NCBI RefSeq assembly: GCF_000150275.1
Contig: NW_002060943.1
Span: 11,904,878-11,968,877, forward strand
Length of the DNA stretch: 64,000 nt
Reading direction: 5' to 3'
Source of the DNA: Trichoplax adhaerens
Lineage: Eukaryota; Animalia; Placozoa
The notes under the pieces were generated by a model. The model saw only the letters and a list, made by a program, of their open reading frames with translations, was not told where the DNA came from and made no database searches. The stretch's first letter is position 1, and the number at the start of each line of letters is the position of its first letter. The translations under genes were made by a program, and so were the position numbers. This document shows, one piece after another, positions 1-11,028 of this stretch.

Positions 1-16
1 AATATTATTTATTTAG

Positions 17-397
17 AGTGCAACTGATTATACCAATGCATCACGTAGCCACGGAATGGATTATGGAACGATTGATATAGATAAATTAATAGCAGGTATC
101 ATCATCGAAATACAGTTTAACTGGCTTTTCTAAGATAATAACTTATCTGTCTTTACCTTTAGAAGAATCCACGGATCAAATTAAAGGAATTGTAGAATTA
201 TTATTATCGAGAATAAATCAGCTAGAAGAAGATAATGAAAATGTAAGGAAATACTGATTCATTCCTTAATAATATTATGTTATTATTATTAATAATCTCG
301 CCAAAAACTGAATTTTTTTTGTTTGATTTAGTTAAAGAAAACCGTGGCTGCGAAAGATGTTAAAATAGCAGCTTTATTAGCTATGTTAGACGATTAG
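17..397 (+). CDS. 3' end (last three exons, about 17-95, 162-242, 332-397) of an unidentified gene ending in a short coiled coil; partial
   Basis: GT-AG flanked exons splice in frame to SATDYTNASRSHGMDYGTIDIDKLIAEESTDQIKGIVELLLSRINQLEEDNENLKKTVAAKDVKIAALLAMLDD*, with heptad-like L/I periodicity. Family not recognised. Confidence 0.7.
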
Positions 398-1884
398 CCC
401 ATACTATAAGATAGGTAAAATTTTATGGATAGAAATCATGGCATACGTTTTACCAGATTGTAAAAAAATTAAGTAATTTAACGAGTTTGCGATTGATAAA
501 TAAAATGAAAATTTATCAGATATAGTTATATCCTCCATATTTCGCGACAAGTACAGTAGTTGTAATTTACATCACATTTTTCATACACTATTTAGACACA
601 TCGTCGTTCACGACATTATAGCATTCTGATGAATGCTATAAATCTTAACTATTGCATATACTGTACGATCATTAATAAGAGATGCTTTAGTTTATTGGAT
701 TGCTGCAATTGATATTTTTTGAATTAGAATTATTATTCAGTTTAAGGTAAACTTGCACATAGAATAAATTGCACTCAAAACTATCAAATAAAACTTTTGG
801 TCAAATCTGAATTGTCACAATGTTATTTGATATATAACCTGATAGGCAAATAATCTTAATCAGTAACCTTTTAATTATGATTTTTTAACATTTGCATTAA
901 CTGATCTATTATTTAGGACAATTTTTAAAGCCTGTTTCTGCTTTATACATATCCATTCTGTTACAATTTGAAGTAAAATCGCTTAAGTGAGATTGAAGGA
1001 AGTAAATATTTATCTCAGGAATGATACAAATTCTACGTTAACTGATTGTGGACTTAATCACTAAATCATCAAACTGAATATGAAACTTATCCAAGGCATA
1101 TTAGGCTTCAATCTTAAGCTGTAGCCTACGCAAAGCTGTATAAGACAATATCTACAATATCCATCATATTCGTATGTGTAGTTATGAATGTGATGGGAAG
1201 TGATCTGCTTAAAGGTCTCAATTAGCTTATGATTCGAATACCGTAATAAATCGATTACAAGTAGTTTCTAGAAATTTTCACTGTTCTCAAATCATGTCGA
1301 TTTATTGTCGATAACCGGTACATACGGTAGTACATTGAAAACAAATGATTATTTAGGCCACTTTAAGCACTAATTCTCGATTGTAACCTTAGCTAAATGG
1401 ATAAAGATGAAACATTTTATTTCACCGTTTCTATTACAATATAACTATATTTATTACAATGATTGGAGGAAATCTTCTATTAGTAGTCATAGGCTTGTTT
1501 TAAGATCAATATTAGAATGATACAGCCTACTACAATGAATGTTAAAGCTGGTTGAAAAGTTTTACCTTATACATTTATGTTTTTCATATGTATGTACACT
1601 ATTAATACGTCTATGAATATATATATATATATGTTGCGGACAAGGTCCAAAATTATATTTAAATATATATGAGTAAAGATATTTATCTCTATGACAATGT
1701 CTTGAACCAAGATAAAGTTAAATAGATTACCTAATAAAATAAAATAATATAAATCGATAAAATTTCAAGGGTGTTCTTTAATCTTTTGAGCTTGAAGGAT
1801 AGCAAAAATCAAATTTTATAGTAAACATTTCTGGATATACCGTAAGCATTTATTGCGTCTCATCCCAACACGATTGCTTGTGGG

Positions 1885-3672
1885 TTACCTTTTGATCGTT
1901 CTTTTAAATGGGGCTGGGCGATTTTTGATGTCTTTACATTTTGGTATGTGCCTTTCTGCGGCGGTCTGGTTAAATTTTCGTTGGCAATGTGGGCATTGGA
2001 CATAATCAGGATTTTCACTTGGAGGTGGCGGTGGAAGATCGGATATTTTACCACCATTAGCGAGATGAGCTTCCATAGCTTTAGCAGCTCGAATGGCCTG
2101 TATAAAATCGTTATGTTTCGCTCGCCAATTTGTTTTTTTAGGCTTTGGTTGTGGTTGATTTTTAATCTTGCTTACATATTGCTCGTTTTCTGTGCCTTGT
2201 ATTCGATGTTTACTGGTATCAAATACAGTTCTCTTTTTATTGGAGGCTTTCTGACAGATACTTTGATGCTTTTCAAGACGATCAGCTGCAAATTTACGCC
2301 CACAAATCTGACAAGATACCAATGCTATCGAATTAGTTTGATGATCGATATTATCCGGTAGACGGTAAGACGATAGAACTACTGGTCCAGACTGATCTAA
2401 TCCTGATTGACTATCTTGTTGTAATTTGGAGGTTGCTATATTCTTAGCTTTAGCTGTTGTAATATGTTGAATTTCTAATTTACTTTCTGGTGTTTGTTGC
2501 CTACTTTCATTCTCGTTATACGAAACGATTGCTAGGCTTGCTTTACTTTGCCGATCGAGTATACTATCACGATCGACTTCGCTTGCTTTATCCACTGCTT
2601 TAACGGCATTATCGAATACATTCTTTGTCTTAGAGTGTTTATGCTGCCTAATCGGTTGCGATTTTTCTGTAGGCTGAGGACTGTCGATATGATCTTGATT
2701 TTTAATTTTGTTATTATCAATTTCTAATGAAGTTACAGGAATAACTTCTGGTCTAGTTGAAAATTGTAAATTAGAACTATTTCTGCCACTATTAATATCA
2801 TCAACAACCATATTTTGATACGTTGATTCACCACCACTATCCATTGATACATTAGATGAATCCTGTTGTATTAGTTGCCTAGAACTTAATCGTCGTATGA
2901 TTTCTTTTTTAAGCTTTTTGCGACGAATATTCTTAATATGACCTAATTTCAGATCCTCTAGTTCGTCATCACTATGATCTGATTGAGCAATTACAGGATA
3001 TTTATTGCTCTTGGATGAAGGTTGTTGATTTTCATCTACAACAATTTTCTTGTTATTATTTCTTCTGTATCGGCGTTTTCGACTATTATCATGTTTATTT
3101 CTATCCGTTTGAATAGGTGGTAAAGGATTGGATCGATTAGTTGTGTCTTTAAATTGGTGCTGTTGCGAATTATTAACGAGATTTCTCTCATTGTTGTTGA
3201 CGATATTTTTTCTCAAGTTAGATCGCGAATTGGATAATTTTTCAATTTTGTTTTTAATGTTAGATATTAAGAGATCTTGATTGGTAGTATCACGATCAAT
3301 ATCCATATCGTGAGAAGAGATGGCTACTAAAGTTTTTCCTTGATTAAATTTTGATTGTTTGGCTCGTTTTTCAGCAAAAAATGCTCGTACAGATTCAATA
3401 TTCTTATAAACATTTAACGGTTTCAACATAACACGATTATGAAGTAATTGTTGTTGATGTTGCTGTTGCAGTAGATGAGTTAACTTACGATCTTTCTCCG
3501 CCACTAGCCGCTTTTGTATTTGAAGGCGTATGGATTCTAGTTTTGATTTACCCATACATGATAGATCATGTTGATTTATTGAAGTCCTGCTGTTCTTCCG
3601 TGAATATAGTTCGTTTGTTACCATCGTTGTGTGAGATTGTTTATAGCTAGGATACGAAATCACTTGGTTCAT
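1885..3672 (-). CDS. ZC2HC1C: Zinc finger C2HC domain-containing protein 1C-like (FAM164C family); single large coding exon
   Basis: Long low-complexity N-terminus, then C2HC fingers CQICGRKFAADRLEKHQSIC and CPHCQRKFNQTAAERHIPKC, plus KKTNWRAKH and DLPPPPPSENPDYVQC motifs typical of ZC2HC1C. The supplied ORF starts at TTG 3690; the first ATG is 3672. Confidence 0.85.
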   Translation of the reverse strand: MNQVISYPSYKQSHTTMVTNELYSRKNSRTSINQHDLSCMGKSKLESIRLQIQKRLVAEKDRKLTHLLQQQHQQQLLHNRVMLKPLNVYKNIESVRAFFAEKRAKQSKFNQGKTLVAISSHDMDIDRDTTNQDLLISNIKNKIEKLSNSRSNLRKNIVNNNERNLVNNSQQHQFKDTTNRSNPLPPIQTDRNKHDNSRKRRYRRNNNKKIVVDENQQPSSKSNKYPVIAQSDHSDDELEDLKLGHIKNIRRKKLKKEIIRRLSSRQLIQQDSSNVSMDSGGESTYQNMVVDDINSGRNSSNLQFSTRPEVIPVTSLEIDNNKIKNQDHIDSPQPTEKSQPIRQHKHSKTKNVFDNAVKAVDKASEVDRDSILDRQSKASLAIVSYNENESRQQTPESKLEIQHITTAKAKNIATSKLQQDSQSGLDQSGPVVLSSYRLPDNIDHQTNSIALVSCQICGRKFAADRLEKHQSICQKASNKKRTVFDTSKHRIQGTENEQYVSKIKNQPQPKPKKTNWRAKHNDFIQAIRAAKAMEAHLANGGKISDLPPPPPSENPDYVQCPHCQRKFNQTAAERHIPKCKDIKNRPAPFKRTIKR

Positions 3673-4112
3673 AGTGAAAAATTGGCCCAATGTAAAATCA
3701 TAGAGAAAGCAATTACACTTTAATTGAATGCTTGAAAACAGGGGAAAAATTATCTTCTTCAGCTGGCTCTGCTTATTATAGGCTTAAATTATAGATGATG
3801 ATTTTTCTAGCTAAAGTACCGTAGTCGGCAGTTTAGCTTCCAGGAAGAGCAGTTGCTTCTCGAACAGATCTCTACGCTTGTAAGTAATCCTATCAATTTA
3901 ACTTAATTTATATTATATAGAACGTTTTTTATCTAGTGTTTTTAATAGTTAAAAAAGTTGCTTATTATTCCTAACTAATATTTACAGCAGATCAAAGTTA
4001 AATAATATATTAGGTATAAAATAGAGTCATGTGTATCCGCCAGTAACAGGAAAATATTAATTACATGCAAGATATACTTCTGGTGTTATCTGGTCTCCAT
4101 AGGTTTGATGCC

Positions 4113-4125
4113 GTCACCTAGCAAC
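4113..4125. promoter_or_regulatory. RFX X-box (GTCACCTAGCAAC) upstream of ZC2HC1C
   Basis: Matches the X-box consensus GTNRCC-N-RGYAAC, about 440 bp upstream of the ATG of a cilia-associated gene family. Confidence 0.6.
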
Positions 4126-4489
4126 GTATTTCCTCTCAACATAACATGCTATTCTCTGTATAATGTATTTATATTAAGAACATGATTAATATATTCTGCG
4201 ATTGATGTGTGAATAGAAATAATTAATGAGTGCCAATCATTATCTGAATAATAAAATAAAGCATTATTTATTCTATCTCATTAAATTAATCTTACTGTTT
4301 CTACTTCTAAACAATATGGTTGAAATCTATATAGGACAGATACACTACCGCTAGTTTGCATACGACAGCTAGAGTAGATTTTATATTCACTTTACGCTTA
4401 GTTAGATATTGTAATATACGATACATAATTATAATATACAATGAATAGGTTGGCAAAAGATCTCTTTTGTATAAACGAGGGGTTGAGAG

Positions 4490-5330
4490 CTGATTTAAAA
4501 TCTAGATTGATATCGTAACATGGTTATATCATTGTAGCAAAAAGTGAATTTTAAAGTCCTTACTCTGTCATGCGATAGAATTAAAGCTGTTTATATCTTG
4601 TTAGATATCTTCATTTGCTTATATCTGCATACAGAATTACAACACATAATGAATAGAATTTTGAACAAGCTTGTCATATTAAGAGAATACATTTAAGATT
4701 ATTTTACATCTAGTTAAACATCGTAATCTATTCATATTATTGTAGTATGACATGAATAGAATTTTAATAGGCCTGCCCCATTAAGCTAACTGGTTTATGA
4801 CGACTTTATATCTAGTTAGACATCGTAGCTTTATTTACAAATTTATCACATGGATGATGAATAAGATTGTTATATGTCCGCTATCTACAGAAGGCGGTTA
4901 TATCTACAAGTAATTCGGCGTCGTAGCTTACTTACCTAATTATAACACATGATGATTAAAACTGCAATAGCCTCGACTGGAAGGAAAGGATTTAAAATTA
5001 TTTACATCTAGTTAGATACCGTAAATCTACTAACTGGACTACAGCATTTAATAATGAATAAGATATGATTATAGTCTAGCTTGATAATAAACATGTTTAA
5101 TCCACTTTACTGTACATACGATCAAATGTCGCATCCACTCACAGAATTCCAATAAGTGATAAATAAGTTTGTAATGCCTGTCTAATCGGACAGTACTTTA
5201 ATTGTAAAATTATGTCATATGATAGGCAAGACTGCTGTTGACCCACTCTGCATCAAACTGGTTTAGGACCCCTTTTATAACTACTGTAGTTTTGCTAGAC
5301 ACTGTAATCTTACGAAGTTATAATGTGTAA
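4490..5330. repeat. Degenerate tandem array, about 100-bp unit, at least 7 copies
   Basis: TTTA(C/T)ATCTAGTTAGACATCGTA-like anchors (TCTAG core at about 4501, 4596, 4709, 4811, 4903, 5007), each followed by ATGAATAGAATTTT/ATGAATAAGAT-like blocks at about 4649, 4752, 4857, 4952, 5054, 5159. Confidence 0.75.
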
Positions 5331-7395
5331 CATAAAATTAATATGACAGGTCTGATCTATATCAAATAAATTTAATTAATTCAATATTATTAGGAGAATT
5401 TATTAATAATGTTTATAGTACCAGAATTAATGTTAAATATAATATCTGCAGGGTCGGTCTGGTAGTGTCCATCCTCATTCGCTAAATGACATGGTAACTT
5501 TTTTATATTTATTATCATGTCAATTCATGACTAAAGACGTAACAGTAGAAATTATACCCAATTATTCTTAAACTAGCTGTAACTGCTGCTTTGATAAGGT
5601 TCATACTAAAGGTATGTAGATAATACGTATAATTATAATTATTATTCAGTATTACACTTCGCGTAATGTCAATAGTATAACGTTGTACCTGTAAGAGATA
5701 CTTCTGATATGGCGCTGGTATTATGCACAAATATATGAAAAGCCTAAATATTGAATAATCTCAAGATAGAAATAACAATAACAAGTTATAATTGATATAG
5801 AAAGAATCGTATCAAATGGTGCTGCCTTTCTCCTCAATTTGACAGAATGTACAAACCATTATAGTCAGGAAATTAATATATGGGGTTTACTTTTTTACGT
5901 TTTGATACCATATAACACAGAAAATTGACCTCAAATAATAGCCATAGAGTATCTGTTAAGGATATCACCAAGTGCAGTAATCGCGTGCATACAATACGTA
6001 AGACCGAGTAAGTTGCTCAACTTGTACTAGACATTTTACACACTTGTACACGTTATGGTAGCTGTTGGAGATGAAAAACTAAAATACACATCACTAGATG
6101 AACTCGTGGAGACTATATCATCACGCTTGTCATATTATGATCATAATTATCTAATCATTGTACTTAAACTATTTAGATTAAAACAAGTTTAGAACAGTAA
6201 AATACCAATCAATCATACACTTATTAAGGTAAACATGCGAACATGCATACCATTAAATTTATAGTAAATCGTATATTCCTGTAAGCTTCTCCCAGAAATA
6301 GGAAAGGTAACAAAAAAATGATGCACGCAGTTTTTATCAGGCTTCTGATAGAAATTAGAAGTATAATAAAAAATTTTATTTTTTGATTAGTGTAACACTA
6401 TCAAGAGTATTTCTTATATATATATATCTATTAATAAATTTTCATAATAATTCTAAGAGAATAAACTTATAATGTATAAACAGGAAACCTACTAGTATTA
6501 TATACGATCTTTGCGTAAATACTACAGAAGATCTGCTGTAAGCCATGGCTGAATTAATAAGCATGTTGTCGCAAAGTGACTTTTCCTAGTGAAGCTCATT
6601 ATCTTGTTTTAAAATAGATAACATAGCTTAGTATTGATTGATGTTATTGTCATCTAGAATTTCATACCTATTTGTATAGATAGCAGTAAGTTTCATACTA
6701 ATATCTAAGCTATGCTAATATTGATGTTAACGTAGGAAAGTATAAAATGATTTATATTTCAGTAAAATTTAAGTTTCATAGTTTAGTCAGAGAGAGATAC
6801 ATAGTTACTATAGCCTCCCGACGATAGGAGATCGTCAGTATTTGAGTCACTGCAGGCAAATGCTGAAGAAGGTAAGTAGGCCAGTAGACTCGTATTTTTA
6901 ATTTCCTCGTTACAAATCTCCGTTTGTAACAATGTATGAACGTACTATTACTAATATAATACTATATAATCTAATAAGAGGTTATGCTGGTTTTCGCTGT
7001 GGTGGAAATTAAGCATTCTTATCCTTCACAAAAAATATACGGTCCAATCTATACCATATTATATACAGTATAATATAAATAGCGGTCCCATCAAAGATAC
7101 TGTCTGCTTTTTCGATGTAAAACTATATTCGGCGGTTAATTGTATATAGTAATTTATCAATTACAACGTGAATTTAAGCTTCGCTATTTCATAAATAGTA
7201 CTAAGCCTGTACATCATATAGGAATATGTCTATATCAAATAGCCAAATAGGCAGGCTATTGATGCAAATTTCATAATTTCAACTATAAAGCTGATTGGAT
7301 AAAAGAATCGATATTTTGATTAGATTAAAATTTCAATCTATACCAGATTGTTTCCGATATTAGAGTTGTCCAAGGTGCTTTTAACGAAGACTTCA

Positions 7396-9358
7396 TCAAG
7401 CACGTAGTTCTGATTCCAGCAACATACCTTCTAATAATAATTTAAGTTGAGGTGTTAAGTACGGCTGGTACAACCATGCAGATAAAAGAAAAAGTAGGAA
7501 TTCTCTATCGTTTGTTCGAAAAAATTCTTCCATCAAGCATTTCTTTAACTGTAATTCCTTTTGGTAGCTTTCTAGTATGTTCAATGAAGATTCATCTATA
7601 TGATATATGAATAAGTATTTTAAGCTGTTCATATTGGTCAAATTTAAGCATGTGTAAGTAGTTTGATGAAATAAATCACTTTAGGACATATAAGTGGCCA
7701 TACAGAAATGGTTGGTAGTCCAAGTTTTGCATATTATCACATTTTCCTGCTGTTTCTGCACATAGAGATCGCGAATAGCTTGAAAATTGGAAGTCAATCT
7801 TTCGAAATTACGATAAATATCACCCTATGAAGAATAAATGCATTATTTCATTGCCGTTCAGCAAACGGGGCTAGAGCTACAGTACTATTCCCTTTTAACA
7901 GGAAAAATGAAGAACTTACCAATTCATTTAGAGCTTCCACTAACATTTGATGGTTATCTTGGACGGAAATTTTCATGTTGGTCACTTCGGTTGCTACGTG
8001 TGAGGCTGGTCTATCCCTGTTATTGGTATAGAATGGGCAAAAAGAGGAGACACAACAATCAGCATCGAGAATACAGTATAGAGATAATGAATAGGATTTT
8101 TAATTTTTATGATGATATACCTATATTATGGGTATTAATTAAATCGAAATCTATTAATCATTTATTGATTTAATTTGTAATCACAATATAAGATCATTGT
8201 GAGCATACATCAAGGCGATGAAATAACACCTATTACTTCTTTCTCTAAGCAATATTAGCCATGATTGGGTAGAGATAATCATATCAGGTTAGCTAAAACG
8301 ATGTGGCATTACAGTAATTTACAGCACAAGCGAACGTAGAGCAAGATCATTGTGAGCATACATCAAGGCGATGAAATAACACCTATTACTTCTTTCTCTA
8401 AGCAATAATAGCCATGATTGGGTAGAGATAACTGTATCAGGTTAGCTAAAACGATGTAGTATTGCAGTAATTTACAGCACAAGCGAACGTAGAGCAAATA
8501 CATGTTTAGAATAGATGTAATTTCTTCTTGTCACATTCAGGAAATGAAGTTATAAGCTCAGTTGTACAAGGACATGGACCACTGGATACTAGTCTAGTGT
8601 AGTATCTAGTGGTGGTTGATAAGGCATATTTAATTACAGTAAACTCAACCATCCACTCCTATCTTTTAAGAGATGATGATCAGATCATCTTATTGACTAA
8701 CAATATAAACTGTGTCAATTGAGCTAAAAAGCCAATAGTACAGTAGCATAGTAGAGTAGTGTACACTGTGCAGTATACACGTTGATCATAAAGTTGTCTG
8801 TAGGACAAAAGGTAGCGTAGTAGCGATTCTATCAGTATAGAAACTACTACTTGAAGAGTAATTCTACTTTATATTAAGTTGCGAAGTAGTTTTACTGCAT
8901 CACCGAAGGTACAGTATAGTAGGATAGTATACACGTTGATCATAAAGTTGTCTGTAGGGTAAAAGGTCACGTAGTACCGATTCTATCAGTCCATACTTGA
9001 AGAGTCATTCTACTTAATATTAAGTTGTGAAGAAATTTTACTGGATCAACGTAGGTACAGTATCGCCATTTTCTATGATCTCCTTGTGTCACAGCGTGGT
9101 CGTGACAGCCATTCTTAATGACACTCAATGTCGCCCAGTATAACATGTTAAATTTAAAAGAGACCGTGAATGGCCATCTTAAATACTGTCCTTATAGTGT
9201 ACACGGAAAATTTCAACTTACCGGATTAGTTGTAGTTTTAGGTTGACGACTTGATTTGCAATAGTAAAACTTTGATTATTCTTTTCCTGCCATTTTGTGG
9301 TTAATGAATACCATTGGCTGCAACAACTTTGTAACTGTTTTTTCTCATTCATCTTCAT
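7396..9358 (-). CDS. CINP: Cyclin-dependent kinase 2-interacting protein (4 exons: about 9358-9222, 8009-7920, 7822-7703, 7595-7396)
   Basis: The spliced product MKMNEKKQLQSCCSQWYSLTTKWQEKNNQSFTIANQVVNLKLQL...ICKTWTTNHF...YQKELQLKKCLMEEF...LSAWLYQPYLTPQLKLLLEGMLLESELRA* parallels human CINP (W..L..KW...N..GF..AN...NLK; TWPTTHF; LSMWLHQPY...LESMLLETG). Confidence 0.88.
8191..8496. repeat. Near-identical tandem duplication, 2 x 153 bp, in CINP intron 1
   Basis: AGATCATTGTGAGCATACATCAAGG...AAGCGAACGTAGAGCA at 8191-8343 and 8344-8496. Confidence 0.95.
8772..9063. repeat. Diverged tandem duplication, period 154 bp, in CINP intron 1
   Basis: AGTATACACGTTGATCATAAAGTTGTCTGTAGG starts at 8772 and 8926; similarity continues to ...AGGTACAGTAT. 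Confidence 0.9.
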
Positions 9359-9477
9359 TTCAATTCTACTTGGCCTTGATAATTTTTTCTCTTTACTAAT
9401 GGAGTAGAAGAGCGCCAACCTGCTTGCAATCCATGTTGCAGCCGCCGATTCTCGTAAAGCAAGATTTGACATGCATA

Positions 9478-9985
9478 AAACTGTACAGTACCTACTGTAC
9501 TCTAGTGCGTTTATGGTACAGCGTCGCACAACGACATTAATTTTGCCAGTAAATTGGTACAGTATATACAATCCAGTATAGAGTATGACTTTTCTAGAAG
9601 CGCCTTGAGCTAATGCTTTATTATGGATAATTTACTATGTTGTTTCATCGCTGCGTAAAACAGATGTCACCTAAAGGATCCACTTGCTACAGTACTATAT
9701 ACCATAAACGAACTGCCTATTGTACACTGTACACTGTACGGTATCATGAACTCTCCAGTACCGTCTGTACTGTACTGGATTACCGTAATATGTACCAGGT
9801 ACTGAAACGCTGATGACGCAATCAGTTGTCCTGTCCTAGAAAAAAAAGTGCAAGAGTTCATCGCGTCAAAGCTAATAAATCGCGGGGCTAAAATCAATTC
9901 AAAATATGCAATGGCATATCATGAATTTTCCCTTGGTTGATTAATGTTGAGCATTGCTCTTCTACAACTGTACAGTACTGTACTT
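9478..9985. promoter_or_regulatory. TACAG/CTGTA-rich island at the CINP promoter
   Basis: CTGTACAGTAC, TGTACACTGTACACTGTAC and CTGTACTGTACTG just upstream of the CINP ATG; also TGACGCAA (ATF/CEBP-like) at about 9814. Confidence 0.55.
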
Positions 9986-10015
9986 TCTACCATAACACGG
10001 ATAGACAGTAGACAT

Positions 10016-10860
10016 AGGGCCAATGTTTCAGGACGAGAAGAAACGTTTGTTCATTGGTCTCATTCCCACGATTTTCCTAGTTGTCTTTTGTTTGAATAAG
10101 GTCAAGCGAAAGAGTAAACCTGTTTCTTCTCCCTCCTGAAACATTGGCTGGCTCTCAGTAGATTCTCAGTGGAGTCTTGACTAGACATTAGCGAGTAGCG
10201 GGATACTTCTACTTATAATTGAGCACCGGAACCTTCCTGGACAGATAGACGGATATCTGAACCCCCATTTCCTTTCAATCATTTCCATTCCTTGATTACT
10301 TCAGTATGCAGATGCTCCATTCTGCAATGAAATTATTTTGCTTTTAAATAGGATTGAATTCTTTTTGTTGCCAATAATCAATTCTGCTCTAGATTGATGA
10401 TAAATAATAATCATTATATAGAGAGATATAGAATGTCATCAATGTTTCAATGTTTTTGAATTAGTTATAAGAGCGATTTAGAAACAAGACACAACAAAAT
10501 CCATACTGTATAAATAAACACTGATCCATACTGCTGTAAGTAAGTATTTTTGCACATTTTCGTCCTTGTCCAGTAAACGTCCGTCCACCCAGAGAATTCC
10601 AGTAAAAGCATTTGTACTGCGGTGACATTGCTTTTGCTGAGAGTCGATACAGCTGGTACCATTGATACGAGTGATACGTGGTAATATATAGTGCTCCATT
10701 CAGGATATGCAGTAATATAGTCACAGTGTAACATTATCCGTGAAACGATTGTACAGTCTGCGTGCATTGCTTGCAAAAGTGATGTCAGTCTCCAACAGTT
10801 ACTGCGTCACCATCAATAATGAACCTCTGCGTAAGAGGACGCCAGTATACTGTCGCGTGG
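10016..10860 (+). ncRNA. Candidate large structured non-coding RNA of unknown family, divergent from CINP
   Basis: 130-nt hairpin at 10019-10148 plus many further helices, most with G-U pairs possible only on the + strand; GCAA tetraloop hairpin at 10764-10785; no recognisable protein. Confidence 0.55.
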
Positions 10861-10939
10861 AGATCTCTGTAAACTATAAATCTCTATCAAAGTAAGGACT
10901 TGAAAAAGCAAAGAAAAAGATCTCGTCCACCAGATGAGC

Positions 10940-11028
10940 TCCACGTGCAAGCGGCTCGTTTTAATCCTTGCTTTTGGCCATGATTGCAATGCCAAGATGG
11001 CGCAGCTGCCTTGAATCTTTGTGTAAGT
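10940..11028 (+). promoter_or_regulatory. E-box, C/EBP-like and YY1-like motifs followed by a splice donor (possible non-coding first exon)
   Basis: CACGTG at 10942-10947, TGATTGCAAT at 10981-10990, CAAGATGGCG at 10993-11002 and GTAAGT at 11023-11028. The ATG there encodes only MAQLP*. Confidence 0.4.

Noticed and set aside
9809-9845. Hammerhead core CTGATGA...GAAA
   Set aside because: Stem II does not close onto GAAA and stems I/III cannot be built; it fits better as a TGACGCAA bZIP site.
9870-10330. RNase MRP/RNase P RNA (CGCGGGGCTA at about 9880 resembles MRP CR-V)
   Set aside because: The matching CR-I (GAAAGTCCCC, or the RNase P equivalent) is absent, so P4 cannot form.
10461-10995. 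Four short minus-strand ORFs
   Set aside because: Non-ATG starts for most, overlap in all three frames, no recognisable domain; explained by locally higher GC.
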